The notes under the pieces: generated by a model
Databases searched by the model: none
Told to the model about the DNA's origin: nothing
The model's input: only the letters and a program-made list of their open reading frames with translations
Virus record (IMG/VR): IMGVR_UViG_3300021387_000299
Span: 96,001-160,000 of that record
Source of the DNA: a virus
Lineage: Duplodnaviria > Caudoviricetes
DNA length: 64,000 nucleotides
Reading direction: 5' to 3' (one strand)
Translations under genes and position numbers: made by a program
Shown: positions 38,521 through 48,995 of the stretch, in pieces
Position numbering within the stretch: the stretch's first letter is position 1
How the letters are laid out: each line of letters opens with the position of its first letter

Positions 38521-41500
38521 TTTTAATTTACTATAAAACAAATAGAAAAACTAAACGGGGAAAAACATAAATCAAATTTATATTTTTTAATACTCAAAAT
38601 AAAATTAAAAATTGAGTTTTAAATCCTAAAATAAAAGTCAGATCCTAAAATCTAGGCTTTCTATATGCGGCCCCGCGCGCCGGCCGCGGGCGTGGACCAG
38701 CCGGGCGGCGCGATTTTAAAAGCTTTATCGCGATCGCAAATTTTCGGATGGGAAGCTGGCTTGCCCTCTTGGCGCCAAAAGTTCCCAAAAGTGAAAATTA
38801 GGATGAAAATCCCTTTCTTTAATGCTTTAACGTATTAAAGCGTTAGGGCGCCGAGTTAGTTCAGACTAACTAACTCTCCGGCAAAATAGTTGGATTTCCA
38901 ACTATTTTTTTTTACATTAGTCTGCCGAGTTAGTTTAGGCTAACTAACCATAAATGGTTGGATCTCCAACCATTTATTTTAGTTTCATTTCCAACTATGT
39001 TCCAGGAGGCGCATTTGTGAAAAAATTAGCAAACATTTTTTTACAAATGGGTATTGACAAATAGCAGTGTATCCGTTATACTATAGTTGTAAGTTAAGAG
39101 GAGGACAACCCATGATCAACATTCGCACACTCAAAGGACTCAAAGACAACGACGGTTTAACTTTGAAAAATGGAAAAAGAATCACTTACAAAAGCGGTTA
39201 TCAGGTCGCTACAGAAGGCATTGAAACAACCGATGTAAGAGAAGCCATGAATTGGATCAAAATCAATGGCGGCAACTGCGGAGTATGGTTCGCAAATGGT
39301 ATCTACTACATTGACAAGAGTCACAGAGAATCAACCAAAAGAAAAGCTCTTGAAATTGGTAGAGCTTGCAAACAGATTTCAATTCTGAAATGGTCTGACA
39401 TGAGTCTGATCTACTGCTGAAAAGCAGTTTTTTATTTGCGGCGGGGAAGTTTGTGAATGTTTTAACTTTCACAAGCAAGTACGGGCAGTTAGTTTAGACT
39501 AACTAACTCGTGCGCTTTTCAATTTGAAATCATAGATCGTTCCATTTGTCAAGAGAAAAATTTTTTTATTTTTGGTATTGACTTGATCCCGAAATGTGCT
39601 ATAATAATAATGTAAAAAGAAAAAGGAGAAAAAATTATGTTCGTATTAATTTCAACAAATGGAAAAATTATGGGTACTTCTGAGGATGCGGAAACTGTTA
39701 AACTGGCTTATCTCATGTATAAGAAATTGTATCCTCTTAGTGATTTCAAAATTGTGAAAGCTTCCACTCTTAATAAAAAGGGAATCATTAAATTCTTAAC
39801 AGAAAATATTGAAATTAATTAAAAAAGAGGGTTGACAAACCCTTTTTTCGTGTTATAATATAAGTGTAAAAAGAAAAGAGGTAAACAAAATGATGAAAGT
39901 TAACAACCTGCCGGAATACGCTAAAACAAAAAAGTACATCGTCGCAAGACGCGTGGATGGAGAACTTTGGTTCTGGGGCGCGTGGAACGATAGAGACGCC
40001 GCTAATGAAGCCGCTTTAGAGGAAGGCGGAATCACAATCACAAATGATCTTCTGAAAAATGAATGATCATTTTTTTTATTTCATTTCATTTTCATTTGGG
40101 TTTCATTTCATTTTCGTTTGAGTTTGTGAAAATTAAAACTTTCACAAGTTTAAACGGCGCGGAGTTAGTTTAGACTAACTAACTGGGAGTTAGTCTCCGC
40201 TAACGACCCAAAATTATAGCAGAACTGGCGCCAGAAGTCAAGCGAAAAATTGATCAATTTTTTTAAAAAAATTTCATTTTCCCTATTGACAACAGAAATA
40301 AAAGTAGTTATAATAAAAGTGTAAAAAGAAAGAGGTAAAAAAAATGTTATTAAACAATTTTGACGGAATGGTTACAAAAGTAGATGATGAGCATTACATG
40401 ATCTCTGATGAATTTTTTGAAAAAAATAAAAAATGGGCTGGTGATAAAGAAGTCCTGTATGTCCATGAGTTCTTCTATGATGAAGAAATTGAAGATTGGT
40501 TCTCTGCTCAGCTTTATAGAAAAGATAAAAATTTATATTATCTTGAAGAATTGTTCTAAAAATACAAAAGTGGGGGTTGACAAAACCCCCGCTGATACTG
40601 TATAATCTAAGAGAAGATGAGGAGGGAATGACAATGACAATCTTCTATGTATACTACAATAACACTGCTGAAATGTTTGAGGATTTCTACGAAGCCGAAG
40701 CATTCGCTGAAAAAGTTGACGGGATCCTGTCAGACGCATGGGGTGAACCGATCTGCTGATCGGTTTTTTTATTTTGATAAAAAAGATGAATAAGTTGTGC
40801 ATCTTTTTGTTGCATTATTAGAATTTTGAGCGTATAATGATAGTAGAAATAAGGGAGGAACACAAGATGGAATTTGCTGAATTGAACAACCATGAGGAAA
40901 GAATGCTCAATCTCTACTTAGAGTTTTGGATCGAAGAGTCTGAAGGAATATTCGATGACAAAGACGAAAACTATAGCTTCGAAGATTGGTTGGTTGAATC
41001 TGCTGAATGGTTTGCGCAGGAATGCGGAGAACAGTATGCAGAACCCTATCGGCAGGCATTAGCTGAATGGCGGGCTTAAAGCCTGCTTTTTATTCTTAGT
41101 AACTTGTGAATGTTTTATCTTTCACAAGTTTGAGTTAGCGGCCGCTAACGGGTCGAAAAATTATAGCACAGTCCGCCGCAGATGTCAAGAGAAAAATTGA
41201 AAAAAATTTAAAAAAATAAATAAAAAATCCCGAAATTAGGTGTTGACAAATAATAACCAATAGACTATAATAATAATGTAAAGAGAGGTAAGAAAGATGA
41301 AAATCAAGGTTGAATACTCAGAGGGCGCTGGGTGCGTAGCTTCCTATTGTGAAGAATGGTTTGAAGAGTTTGAATCAATCGTGGAGATGGTAGCATTTAT
41401 GAAAAAGTTTGAAGAGCGGTTCCCGGATGCTGAAATTTCATTCCATTCAGATGGTATCCTGTCTATCTGCAGAGAATTATAAAAAAAATTAAAAAGAGGG

Positions 41501-42267
41501 GTTGACAACAACCCCTCAACCGACTATAATAATAATGTAAAGATAAGGAGGACAAAAACATGACACTTTACATCTTCGAAAGAGGCGAGGCACTCGCAAG
41601 AAAGCTCAGCAGAGCTGAGATCAGAAACCACGAAAAGGAATTCGGAAAGCTGATCCGCACAATCAAAAACTACTGCTAAAAAGCAGTATTTTTTTATAAA
41701 AAGTATTGACAAATAATAGCCAGTAGGCTATAATAATAATGTAAAAAGAAGGAGATAAAAAATGAAAGTCCAGTTTAATAAAAATGAAATTGAATACCCT
41801 GAAAATACAATTCCCGTTGAGTTCATCTGCGCTTATAGGGATCAGGCATTGGCTGAAATGGTCCACTGTAAAGATGATCCTGTGAAACATGATCAGTATG
41901 TATTTTTAAGAAAAACTCTTAAAGAAATGATTGAAAATTGGGAAAACATTGTTGACAATCAGTAAAAAAGTGCTATACTATAAGTGTAAAGAAAAGGAGA
42001 ACACAACATGCTGAAATACCTCGGAACAATCAAAAAGTCATCCTTCACTCATCCCACTCACAAATGGGTGGTATCATCTGAAGAACATCCCTTCCGCAAG
42101 TTCCCTACTAGCGGAGAAGGCGCTTCAAGAATGATCAGAAAGATCCGCGCAAAGGGTGAAAATCCTACTATCTATAAACTTGTGGATTAACACAAGTTTT
42201 TTTATTTTAGGTATTGACAGACCAAAAGAAAAATGTTATTATAATAGTGTAAAGAGAGGTAAGAGAA

Positions 42268-42495
42268 ATGAATGAATGGATTCCCTGCAAAGAAAGAATG
42301 CCCGAACATGGCGGCGATTATCTGGTTACGTATTTAGAAGATGGTTGCTGTGATCATCTCACAGTCGGAATTGAAGATCTGTGGATTTCCGAAACTGGAA
42401 AGCATAAATCTTATTCCTGGGCAACAATTCCCAATGAAAACGTTATTGCATGGATGGAATTGCCCGAACCTTATCCATACATTGAAGAAGAATAA
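42268..42495 (+). CDS. DUF551-like phage protein
   Basis: MNEWIPCKERMPE...YLVT...VIAWMELPEPY signature. Confidence 0.75.
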   Translation: MNEWIPCKERMPEHGGDYLVTYLEDGCCDHLTVGIEDLWISETGKHKSYSWATIPNENVIAWMELPEPYPYIEEE

Positions 42496-42955
42496 AAAAA
42501 GTGTTGACAAACACTTTTTTTGTGTTATAATAATAATGTAAAGAGAGGTAAGAAAAATGAAAGAGTATTGCAATGACTGGGAATGCCCGCACAACAAAGA
42601 CGGAGAATGTGTCGCAAATGCTGAAGAGTACGCACAGTGCTTTGATGAACTCTTGGCGGCGCTCTCAAGGCTGAAAAAGTCGCAAGAAAAAAATAAATAA
42701 AGTGTTGACAACAATCCCATAATCAACTATAATAATAATGTAAAGAGGAGGAAACAAAGATGATGCATCTCTCACTGATTAAAACTTACTGCAAGGTGAT
42801 CGCCGAAAAAGGCGACTGGGCGATCTGGTATGAGGACGGTGGCTATAAGTATGCCGAAGTCCTCGACCCCGAAGAGGGTTGGATCTCCTACTCCTGCAAT
42901 TCAGAGTCTGAATGGCAGATGCTCACCGAGAGGTGAGTTTTTTTTGCTTAAAGCG

Positions 42956-43023
42956 TTTGGTCGCGCGCCCACGATCCATGCGCGCGAAACTTCAATTATA
43001 CCACGCGATCAGCAATTTGTCAA
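42956..43023. repeat. Hairpin + leftward promoter element, copy 1
   Basis: Stem 42961-42987; minus-strand TATAAT 42995-43000 and TTGACA 43018-43023. Confidence 0.75.
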
Positions 43024-43102
43024 GCGATTTTTTGCAAAAAAATTTTTTTATTTTTTTTCCTAAAACCCTTGACATTTTTCTAAGGTGTGGTATACTAATA
43101 AT

Positions 43103-43278
43103 GTAAGGAGGGGAGGGCAACCCGAACGGGATGCTCCACGTGAAGCGCGTAAGACCCTTCCGCCAAAGACCTTGCACCGCCCGGAGTCCTGTTGGCGCGG
43201 TATATAAATGTGAACCAAGGAGGCAACTCCAACCCGCGGTTGACCGCTCGCTCTTGGAAAGGGGACGGCAGGACAGAG
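43103..43278 (+). ncRNA. Candidate structured ncRNA
   Basis: Follows promoter 43069-43096; no credible CDS. GC-rich helices GGAG-GCAA-CTCC, GCGG-TTGA-CCGC, CTCTT-GGAA-AGGGG and GTCCTGTTG/CGGCAGGAC. Confidence 0.6.
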
Positions 43279-43574
43279 CAATTTCTTTGAAAAAATACTT
43301 GACTTTCCAGTCAGATGTGCTATACTATACTTGTCAATAGGAGGAACTTACAATGACAGCTAGATATTTCTTATTCCACGATGCAGAGCACGACCAGGAC
43401 TTCGTGGTCTGGGCCCATGACGAGATGGGCGCTTGGCGGTGTCTCTTTGAAGACGACCCCGTCTGGGCTGATGCCCAGGTCACCTTTATCGGTGAAGTCT
43501 CCTACGAGGAGCAGAAAGGAATGAAGCAGTATTATTAAGCTTCATCCTTTTTTAATTAACCATATAGCGCCCGG

Positions 43575-43647
43575 CGTGCCGCCGACGCGCGCTTTTTGCG
43601 GAGGCGGCACGTCCTTCCATTATAACACGCATAGGCAAAAAAGTCAA
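43575..43647. repeat. Hairpin + leftward promoter element, copy 2
   Basis: Stem 43575-43611; -10 43619-43624; -35 (TTGACT) 43642-43647. Confidence 0.75.
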
Positions 43648-43724
43648 GCGCAAATTGCAAAAAATATTCGAAAAATTTTTTTCCTAAAATGCTTGACTCA
43701 TGCCTACCCATGTGCTATACTATA

Positions 43725-43880
43725 AGAGCAGTAAGGGAAAGAGCTATAAAGCGATAGACCAGTGTGCGGACGCTCTCTAAGAATACCGGAAAAACCTTAT
43801 TGCGGAGCCTATTGGTACGGCTTTCATATATGGCTTATGGGAGAAAGTAACTCTGTGCACAAGTTTTTCTCCCATAAGGC
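43725..43880 (+). ncRNA. Candidate structured ncRNA
   Basis: Follows promoter 43693-43721. Helices GCAGTAAGG/CCTTATTGC, GAGC/GCTC and CTTATGGGAGAAA/TTTCTCCCATAAG; no ORF. Confidence 0.5.
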
Positions 43881-44585
43881 TTGACATTTATTTCCAAATC
43901 AATTATAATAAAATTAACAAAAGGAGAAAAGAAAAATGGAAAAAACAAACAACACAATCGCATTGAGAAATGGTCGCTACATCTCTCTCTCTGAAATGGA
44001 ATACAAATATATTTCCAAGACATGTGATATTATCAAATGGTTAGTTATTCTGATGGGCAATTGTGATTATAGTTGCGCATGTGATGAGAATGGAACCTAT
44101 CTCTTCTCAAAAGAAGATTTAAGGCTGTTAAATGATCTTCTTTCCAAAGTAAAAGATATTAAAAAAATTGGACTTTAAAAAGAGTTGACAAACTTTTTAA
44201 AAAATGATATAATAAAAACATAAAGAGAGGTAAGAAAAATGTTTGAACACAATAGCACAGTTCATGTAGTCTACGTTAAAAGCTCCGATTCAGAACAGTA
44301 CAGACAGAAGTACCAGGACGCCGTTGATGAAATTCAGAGACTGAATAGAATCATTGACGAGCTTAAAGAAAAGCTTCAGTCTACAGAAAAGGAACTTCAT
44401 CTCATGGAAATTGCCAACAGTTCCCTTGCAGGAATGGTTGACGATCTGACCGATGAGGTTAATGCTCTCTATGTAAAGCTTCATGACTTCAACAACTAAA
44501 AAATAGCACAAGCTATTTTTTTAATTTAGGGGTTGACATTTGTTCCAATAGTGCTATAATAATAATGTAAAGAGAGGAAAATGAA

Positions 44586-44996
44586 ATGGAAAAAATCGTT
44601 GTATACCTTGACATGGATGGAACTATTGCTAATCTGTATGGCATCAAAAATTGGCTTCCCCGTTTAAGAAATGAAGATGAAACAATCTTCTTGGAATGTG
44701 CGCCGATGGTTACTGAAAGCGAACTGCGCAAACACTTTCCCGAAAGTCTGTATGATGTGCGGATTCTGTCAATGACACCAATGAACGCAAGTGCTGAATA
44801 CTGCATGAATGTAATCAATCAGAAAAACGCATGGCTTGATAAATATTTCCCTTCAATTTCGAAAAGAATCTACCGCAAGTATGGACACAATAAGAATCTG
44901 AAAAATTCACAGTATGCAATTCTGATTGATGATTCAAAATCTATCAGAGAATCTTGGAGAGGTTTAGCTTTTGATCCCGCTATCTATTGGGATTAA
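44586..44996 (+). CDS. HAD-superfamily 5'(3')-nucleotidase-like protein
   Basis: Motif I YLDMDGTIANL and motif IV ILIDDS. Confidence 0.75.
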   Translation: MEKIVVYLDMDGTIANLYGIKNWLPRLRNEDETIFLECAPMVTESELRKHFPESLYDVRILSMTPMNASAEYCMNVINQKNAWLDKYFPSISKRIYRKYGHNKNLKNSQYAILIDDSKSIRESWRGLAFDPAIYWD

Positions 44997-45345
44997 AAGT
45001 TTTTTTTATTTGACTTTTCATTTTAAAATGATTATAATTAAAGTATAAAGAAAGGAAAAATAAAAAATGAAAGTTATTATTAGCTACACTATCTATGAAG
45101 AAAAAGAAATTAAGGTCTCCAACAAGTATGCTATCCTTCGCAATTATCCTGCCGAATTAAATGAACAGCTCAGGCGAGAATGGAGGGCTAAATCTGATGA
45201 ACTTTACACCGAGGCGCTTGAAGCCATTCCCGCAGATGCTGAATTTTGCGCAGTCAGAGACGCCAAAGATGATGAAATTTTATTTGAATTATAATTAAAA
45301 ATGCGGAGACCCCCGCATTTTTTAATTGATTTTTGCTTGAACCTT

Positions 45346-45422
45346 TTGGCGATCCGCGCGCGAGCGTCTTTCTTGCGCGCGGATCGAACTTTCATTATAC
45401 CATGCGATCCAGATTTTGTCAA
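45346..45422. repeat. Hairpin + leftward promoter element, copy 3
   Basis: Stem 45350-45386; -10 45394-45399; -35 45417-45422. Confidence 0.85.
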
Positions 45423-46628
45423 GCGAAAATTGAATAAAAAATTTATAAAAAAAATATCCCAAAATGCTTGACTCCAAGAGCAAAAAGAGTTATTATAGTA
45501 GTGTAAAGAGAGGTACGGAAAATGACAGAGTTTGAAAAGAAATTAATTGGCACTTTGGAAGAGTTCGAGGATGAAGATACTTGCGGAATGTCTTTTGAAG
45601 AATGGCTCATTGACGGAATTGAATTTTTTACAGAAGATTGCAATGAAGAAGGTACTACAGAAGAAGAAATTGAATGGAATAAAAAAGAAATTGCATGGTA
45701 TAAACAGGTTCTTGAAGCTTTAAATAATGGAACGTATGATAACTTAATTTAACCATTTATAAAAAAGAGTTGACAGACTCTTTTTTTGTGCTATAATAAT
45801 AATGTAAAGAGAGGTAAAGCAAATGAAAACATTCACAAGACAGGACATCGCCGAATTAATCGAAAGTATTGGCGGACGTATCCTTGATAACGGAGATGAT
45901 TACATTGAAGCTACTAGCAACTATAGTTGGAATACCCTTTGGTTCCAGTTTGATGAAAATGGAATTTTGATTGGAATCGGTTGCTAAAAAAATAAAAAGG
46001 GGGTTGACAATAACCCCCTAATTAGATATAATAATAATGTAAAGAGAGGAACCAAAAGATGAAACAGTACAAGAACTCAAACGGAACAGTTACAACCTAC
46101 AACATGCGCAATGAGGAAATGGCTCGCAACCTGCGCAAGCTCGGTCACAAAGTCGTTGAAGATAAAAAGAAGAAAGCAAGTAAGAACGCTTGCAGAAAGG
46201 GGTGGGAATAATGACAAGGGAAGAAAAGTCAAAATTCCATCGTGATCTTATTGACCTTTTGACCAACTGTAAAGATGATCAAACATACTATGAAAGAATG
46301 GTTTACAGCTTACAGATTATCTCAAATGAATTAACTTATTTCAAAATCCAAAAGGAAGAAAAATAAAAAAATACTTGCATAAATACTAAAAGCGTGATAT
46401 ACTAAAGATATAGAAAGAAAGAGGTAAAAAAAATGAAACTTACAGAAGAACAGAGAATTATCCTTGACGGCGAAATTACCCTTGCAATTCTTAGATTTGT
46501 TGGGGATGAAAATTTCGATAAAGCGATTGAACGCTATGACGAAATCAGCGAACTCTGTAACACTGCAATTGAAAATTTCCTTGCGACTTGCTAAAAAAAA
46601 TTGGGTAAAAGCCCATTTTTTAGTTGAT

Positions 46629-46706
46629 TTGGCGTCGCGCTCGCGGGCGCTTTTCCTGCGAGCGCGACGTATTTTCCATTATACCACGTATACCAGATTT
46701 TGTCAA
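46629..46706. repeat. Hairpin + leftward promoter element, copy 4
   Basis: Stem 46633-46669; -10 46678-46683; -35 46701-46706. Confidence 0.85.
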
Positions 46707-46799
46707 GCAAAAATTGTGACAATTTGTTGGCAAAAAATTTTCCTAAAATTGACACTTTTGGGGGTTGTAATTGTCATAAAAAAGAGTATAATAATAATT

Positions 46800-47186
46800 G
46801 TCAAGAGGAGAAAGCAACCAACCTCTCCCAAGCGCATAACTTGGTGTAAGTAAAATCGGCACTCTTCACAAAAAATACTTCAAAAACCTCTTGACAAAGT
46901 ATAACGAATCTGCTATACTATAATTGTCAAGAGGGGATGGTTGGGTCATCCCGTGGGGACAGAGCTATCTGATGAACTATAGTAAACTGACCACCATTAA
47001 AAATAAAAAATGCAAAAAAACCTCTTGACAAAGTATAGTAAATCTGCTATACTAAGAATGTAAGAAATGAGGAGAATCCCGTTCGTGGCACAAAGGAAGG
47101 TTGGAAACCGAGGGATCTTAAATGGAAAGCGACAGAACTCTGATAAAAATCCTCTATCAGACAGAGCGCAAAATCCTCAAATTTCT
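46800..47186 (+). ncRNA. Three tandem promoter-driven small structured RNAs (~46800-46868, ~46925-47000, ~47060-47186)
   Basis: Each follows its own promoter, lacks an RBS-led ORF and closes on an end-to-end helix (AAGAG/CTCTT; ATGG.TGGGTCA/TGACCACCAT; GAAATGAGGA/TCCTCAAATTTC). Confidence 0.55.
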
Positions 47187-47262
47187 TCAAAAAACTTATT
47201 GACAAATCTTAAGAAACAGTGTATACTTAAAGTGTAAAAAGAAAGGTAAAAGGTGATTACAC

Positions 47263-47637
47263 ATGGCAGAAAAGATGAACCTCACAGAACAGATTAACTC
47301 CATCGCATTCGAAGGACTGACAGAAGAGCAGTTCGCATTCCTCAAGGAAAGAGCACTGAAGTCTATCAGAAAGCCTTCCAAGACAAAGGCTCTGACCAAG
47401 ACTCAGAAGGACAACCTCGTTTTCAAGGAAAAGATCCTCGCCCTGCTCGGTGAAAAGGGTAAGCTGACCGCTACCCAGATCGGCGAAGAGCTTGGGTGGA
47501 AGGGTTCTCAGAAGGCAACCGCTCTGCTTACTCCGATGGTAAAGGCGGGTACGGTTGTCAGAACCGAAGAAGGCAAGGTCAAGTTCTTCTCCCTTGCCGA
47601 GGTTGAAGAAACCGAAGAAGAAGAAGAAGAGGAATAA
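47263..47637 (+). CDS. Winged-helix DNA-binding protein with acidic tail (paralog of 63655-63996)
   Basis: KLTATQIGEELG...QKATALLTPMVKAGTVVRTEEGKVKFFSL winged-HTH pattern; high-expression codon bias. Confidence 0.7.
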   Translation: MAEKMNLTEQINSIAFEGLTEEQFAFLKERALKSIRKPSKTKALTKTQKDNLVFKEKILALLGEKGKLTATQIGEELGWKGSQKATALLTPMVKAGTVVRTEEGKVKFFSLAEVEETEEEEEEE

Positions 47638-47666
47638 CCCCGAAGGGGCGCAAGCCCCTTCCTCAT

Positions 47667-47742
47667 ACGCCCTTAGCTTAATAGGTAAAGCACTTGACTC
47701 TGAATCAAGAGAGTGAGGGTTCGATTCCCCCAGGGCGCGCCA
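47667..47742 (+). tRNA. tRNA-Gln(CUG)
   Basis: Cloverleaf with anticodon arm CTTGA-CTCTGAA-TCAAG, T-loop TTCGATT, acceptor ACGCCCT/AGGGCGC and encoded CCA. Confidence 0.9.
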
Positions 47743-47748
47743 TTATAT

Positions 47749-47894
47749 GGGAGATTGGATTGCACAAATCTGACACGGCGGGCAGTGCCTGACCGCTTCA
47801 CCTCTGACAGTTGCCGTGAACCTAGGATAACACGGTAAACAAGTGAAAGCGCGTAGAACAGGCGCAATTGGGTTCGACTCCACCTTCTCCCCTA
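47749..47894 (+). ncRNA. tRNA-like RNA (~146 nt) with expanded central domain
   Basis: Ends GGGAGA/TCTCCC, T-arm GGTTCGACTCC, D-like hairpin, internal CACGGC/GCCGTG; starts 6 nt after tRNA-Gln. Confidence 0.6.
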
Positions 47895-47945
47895 AAAAAC
47901 CGCTCCAAGCCAATAGGTCCTCCTCCTTGCCTATTGGCTTTTTAT

Positions 47946-48021
47946 TTGGCGTTTCGTTGCCGGGCGCTTCTCTTGGCAACGAAACGTGTTTCATTATACC
48001 ACACGATCCAGCATTTGTCAA
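47946..48021. repeat. Hairpin + leftward promoter element, copy 5
   Basis: Stem 47950-47986; -10 47993-47998; -35 48016-48021. Confidence 0.85.
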
Positions 48022-48129
48022 GCAAAAATTTCGAAAAAATTTTTTTAAAATATTTTTCCCAAAAGTATTGACACATGCCCTTAATAGTAGTATCATTATT
48101 ACAGATAAAGAAAGAGAGAGGTAAATAAA

Positions 48130-48456
48130 ATGACAAAAGTTGGAACAGTTTACATGGTTACAGAAAAGGGTCTCCGCACAGTAAAGGTTGGTTTCACAAC
48201 AGACTGGGCAAAGAGAAGAGGGAATTATCACACACACAGCACTTGCGCAAGAATCATTGACATTATGGATGGTACAGACACTGATGAAAAGATGTATCAG
48301 CAGAAAATGCTTGAAATGGGATTTACAAAAGCCTTCAAGTATTCTCCAAGAAATGAATGGTTCAGACTTCCTAAGGGCATGAAGAAATCAGAACTCGAAC
48401 ATCTCGGATTCGGAATCTTTCAGAAAGATGAAGAAGAAGATGAAGAAAATGCTTGA
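48130..48456 (+). CDS. GIY-YIG-like (T5orf172-type) domain protein
   Basis: GTVYMV...VKVGFTTDWAKR...E...NEWF motif pattern; stop is TGA. Confidence 0.6.
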   Translation: MTKVGTVYMVTEKGLRTVKVGFTTDWAKRRGNYHTHSTCARIIDIMDGTDTDEKMYQQKMLEMGFTKAFKYSPRNEWFRLPKGMKKSELEHLGFGIFQKDEEEDEENA

Positions 48457-48815
48457 CAAAGCATTTTTTTTGTAGTATTATAATAATGTAAAGAGAGGTA
48501 AAACAAATGAGAATGACATTAAAACTCGCTAATCAGCTTATGGATTCACTCGTATGCCTTGCCATTAGTGCTAATGGCGGTGCAGACTATGACCACTTAC
48601 CAACAGATGAACAGATGGCGTTGGTTACGAAGTATGCCAGCAATAAACTTCTTGAAATTTGCGCAGAATGGGAAGTCCTCAAGGGAGAAGAGTGGGAGAT
48701 TGAAGAACCGGAAGAAGAGGTCGATGAAGAACCCACCCTCGATCTTGACATGGGGTTTGACCCCTACATGGGATGCTACACAGATGACTGCTGAAAAGCA
48801 GTTTTTCTATTTGAC

Positions 48816-48894
48816 TGGGCGGGCCGTTCGCAGGCGTCTTTTCCTGCGAACGGCCCGAGCTTTCCATTATACCACGCGGCAGAAAATTTGTCAA
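48816..48894. repeat. Hairpin + leftward promoter element, copy 6
   Basis: 15-bp stem 48820-48857; -10 48866-48871; -35 48889-48894. Confidence 0.85.
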
Positions 48895-48995
48895 GCATTT
48901 TTTTTGAAACTTTAGTGTCAATTTTTATCCCAAAATGGCACGCCTGGATCTGTGTGCATGGTTTGCTATTGGTAAACTTTTTGTTTAAAAAAGGC

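Noticed and set aside
40076-40123. (TTTCA)n low-complexity duplication
   Set aside because: Short slippage-type repeat with no support for function.
43132-43147. Third parS (TGCTCCACGTGAAGCG)
   Set aside because: Three mismatches to consensus, not palindromic, and it lies inside a candidate ncRNA.
46960-46995. Hammerhead ribozyme (CTGATGA present)
   Set aside because: The required GAAA core and three-stem arrangement are missing.
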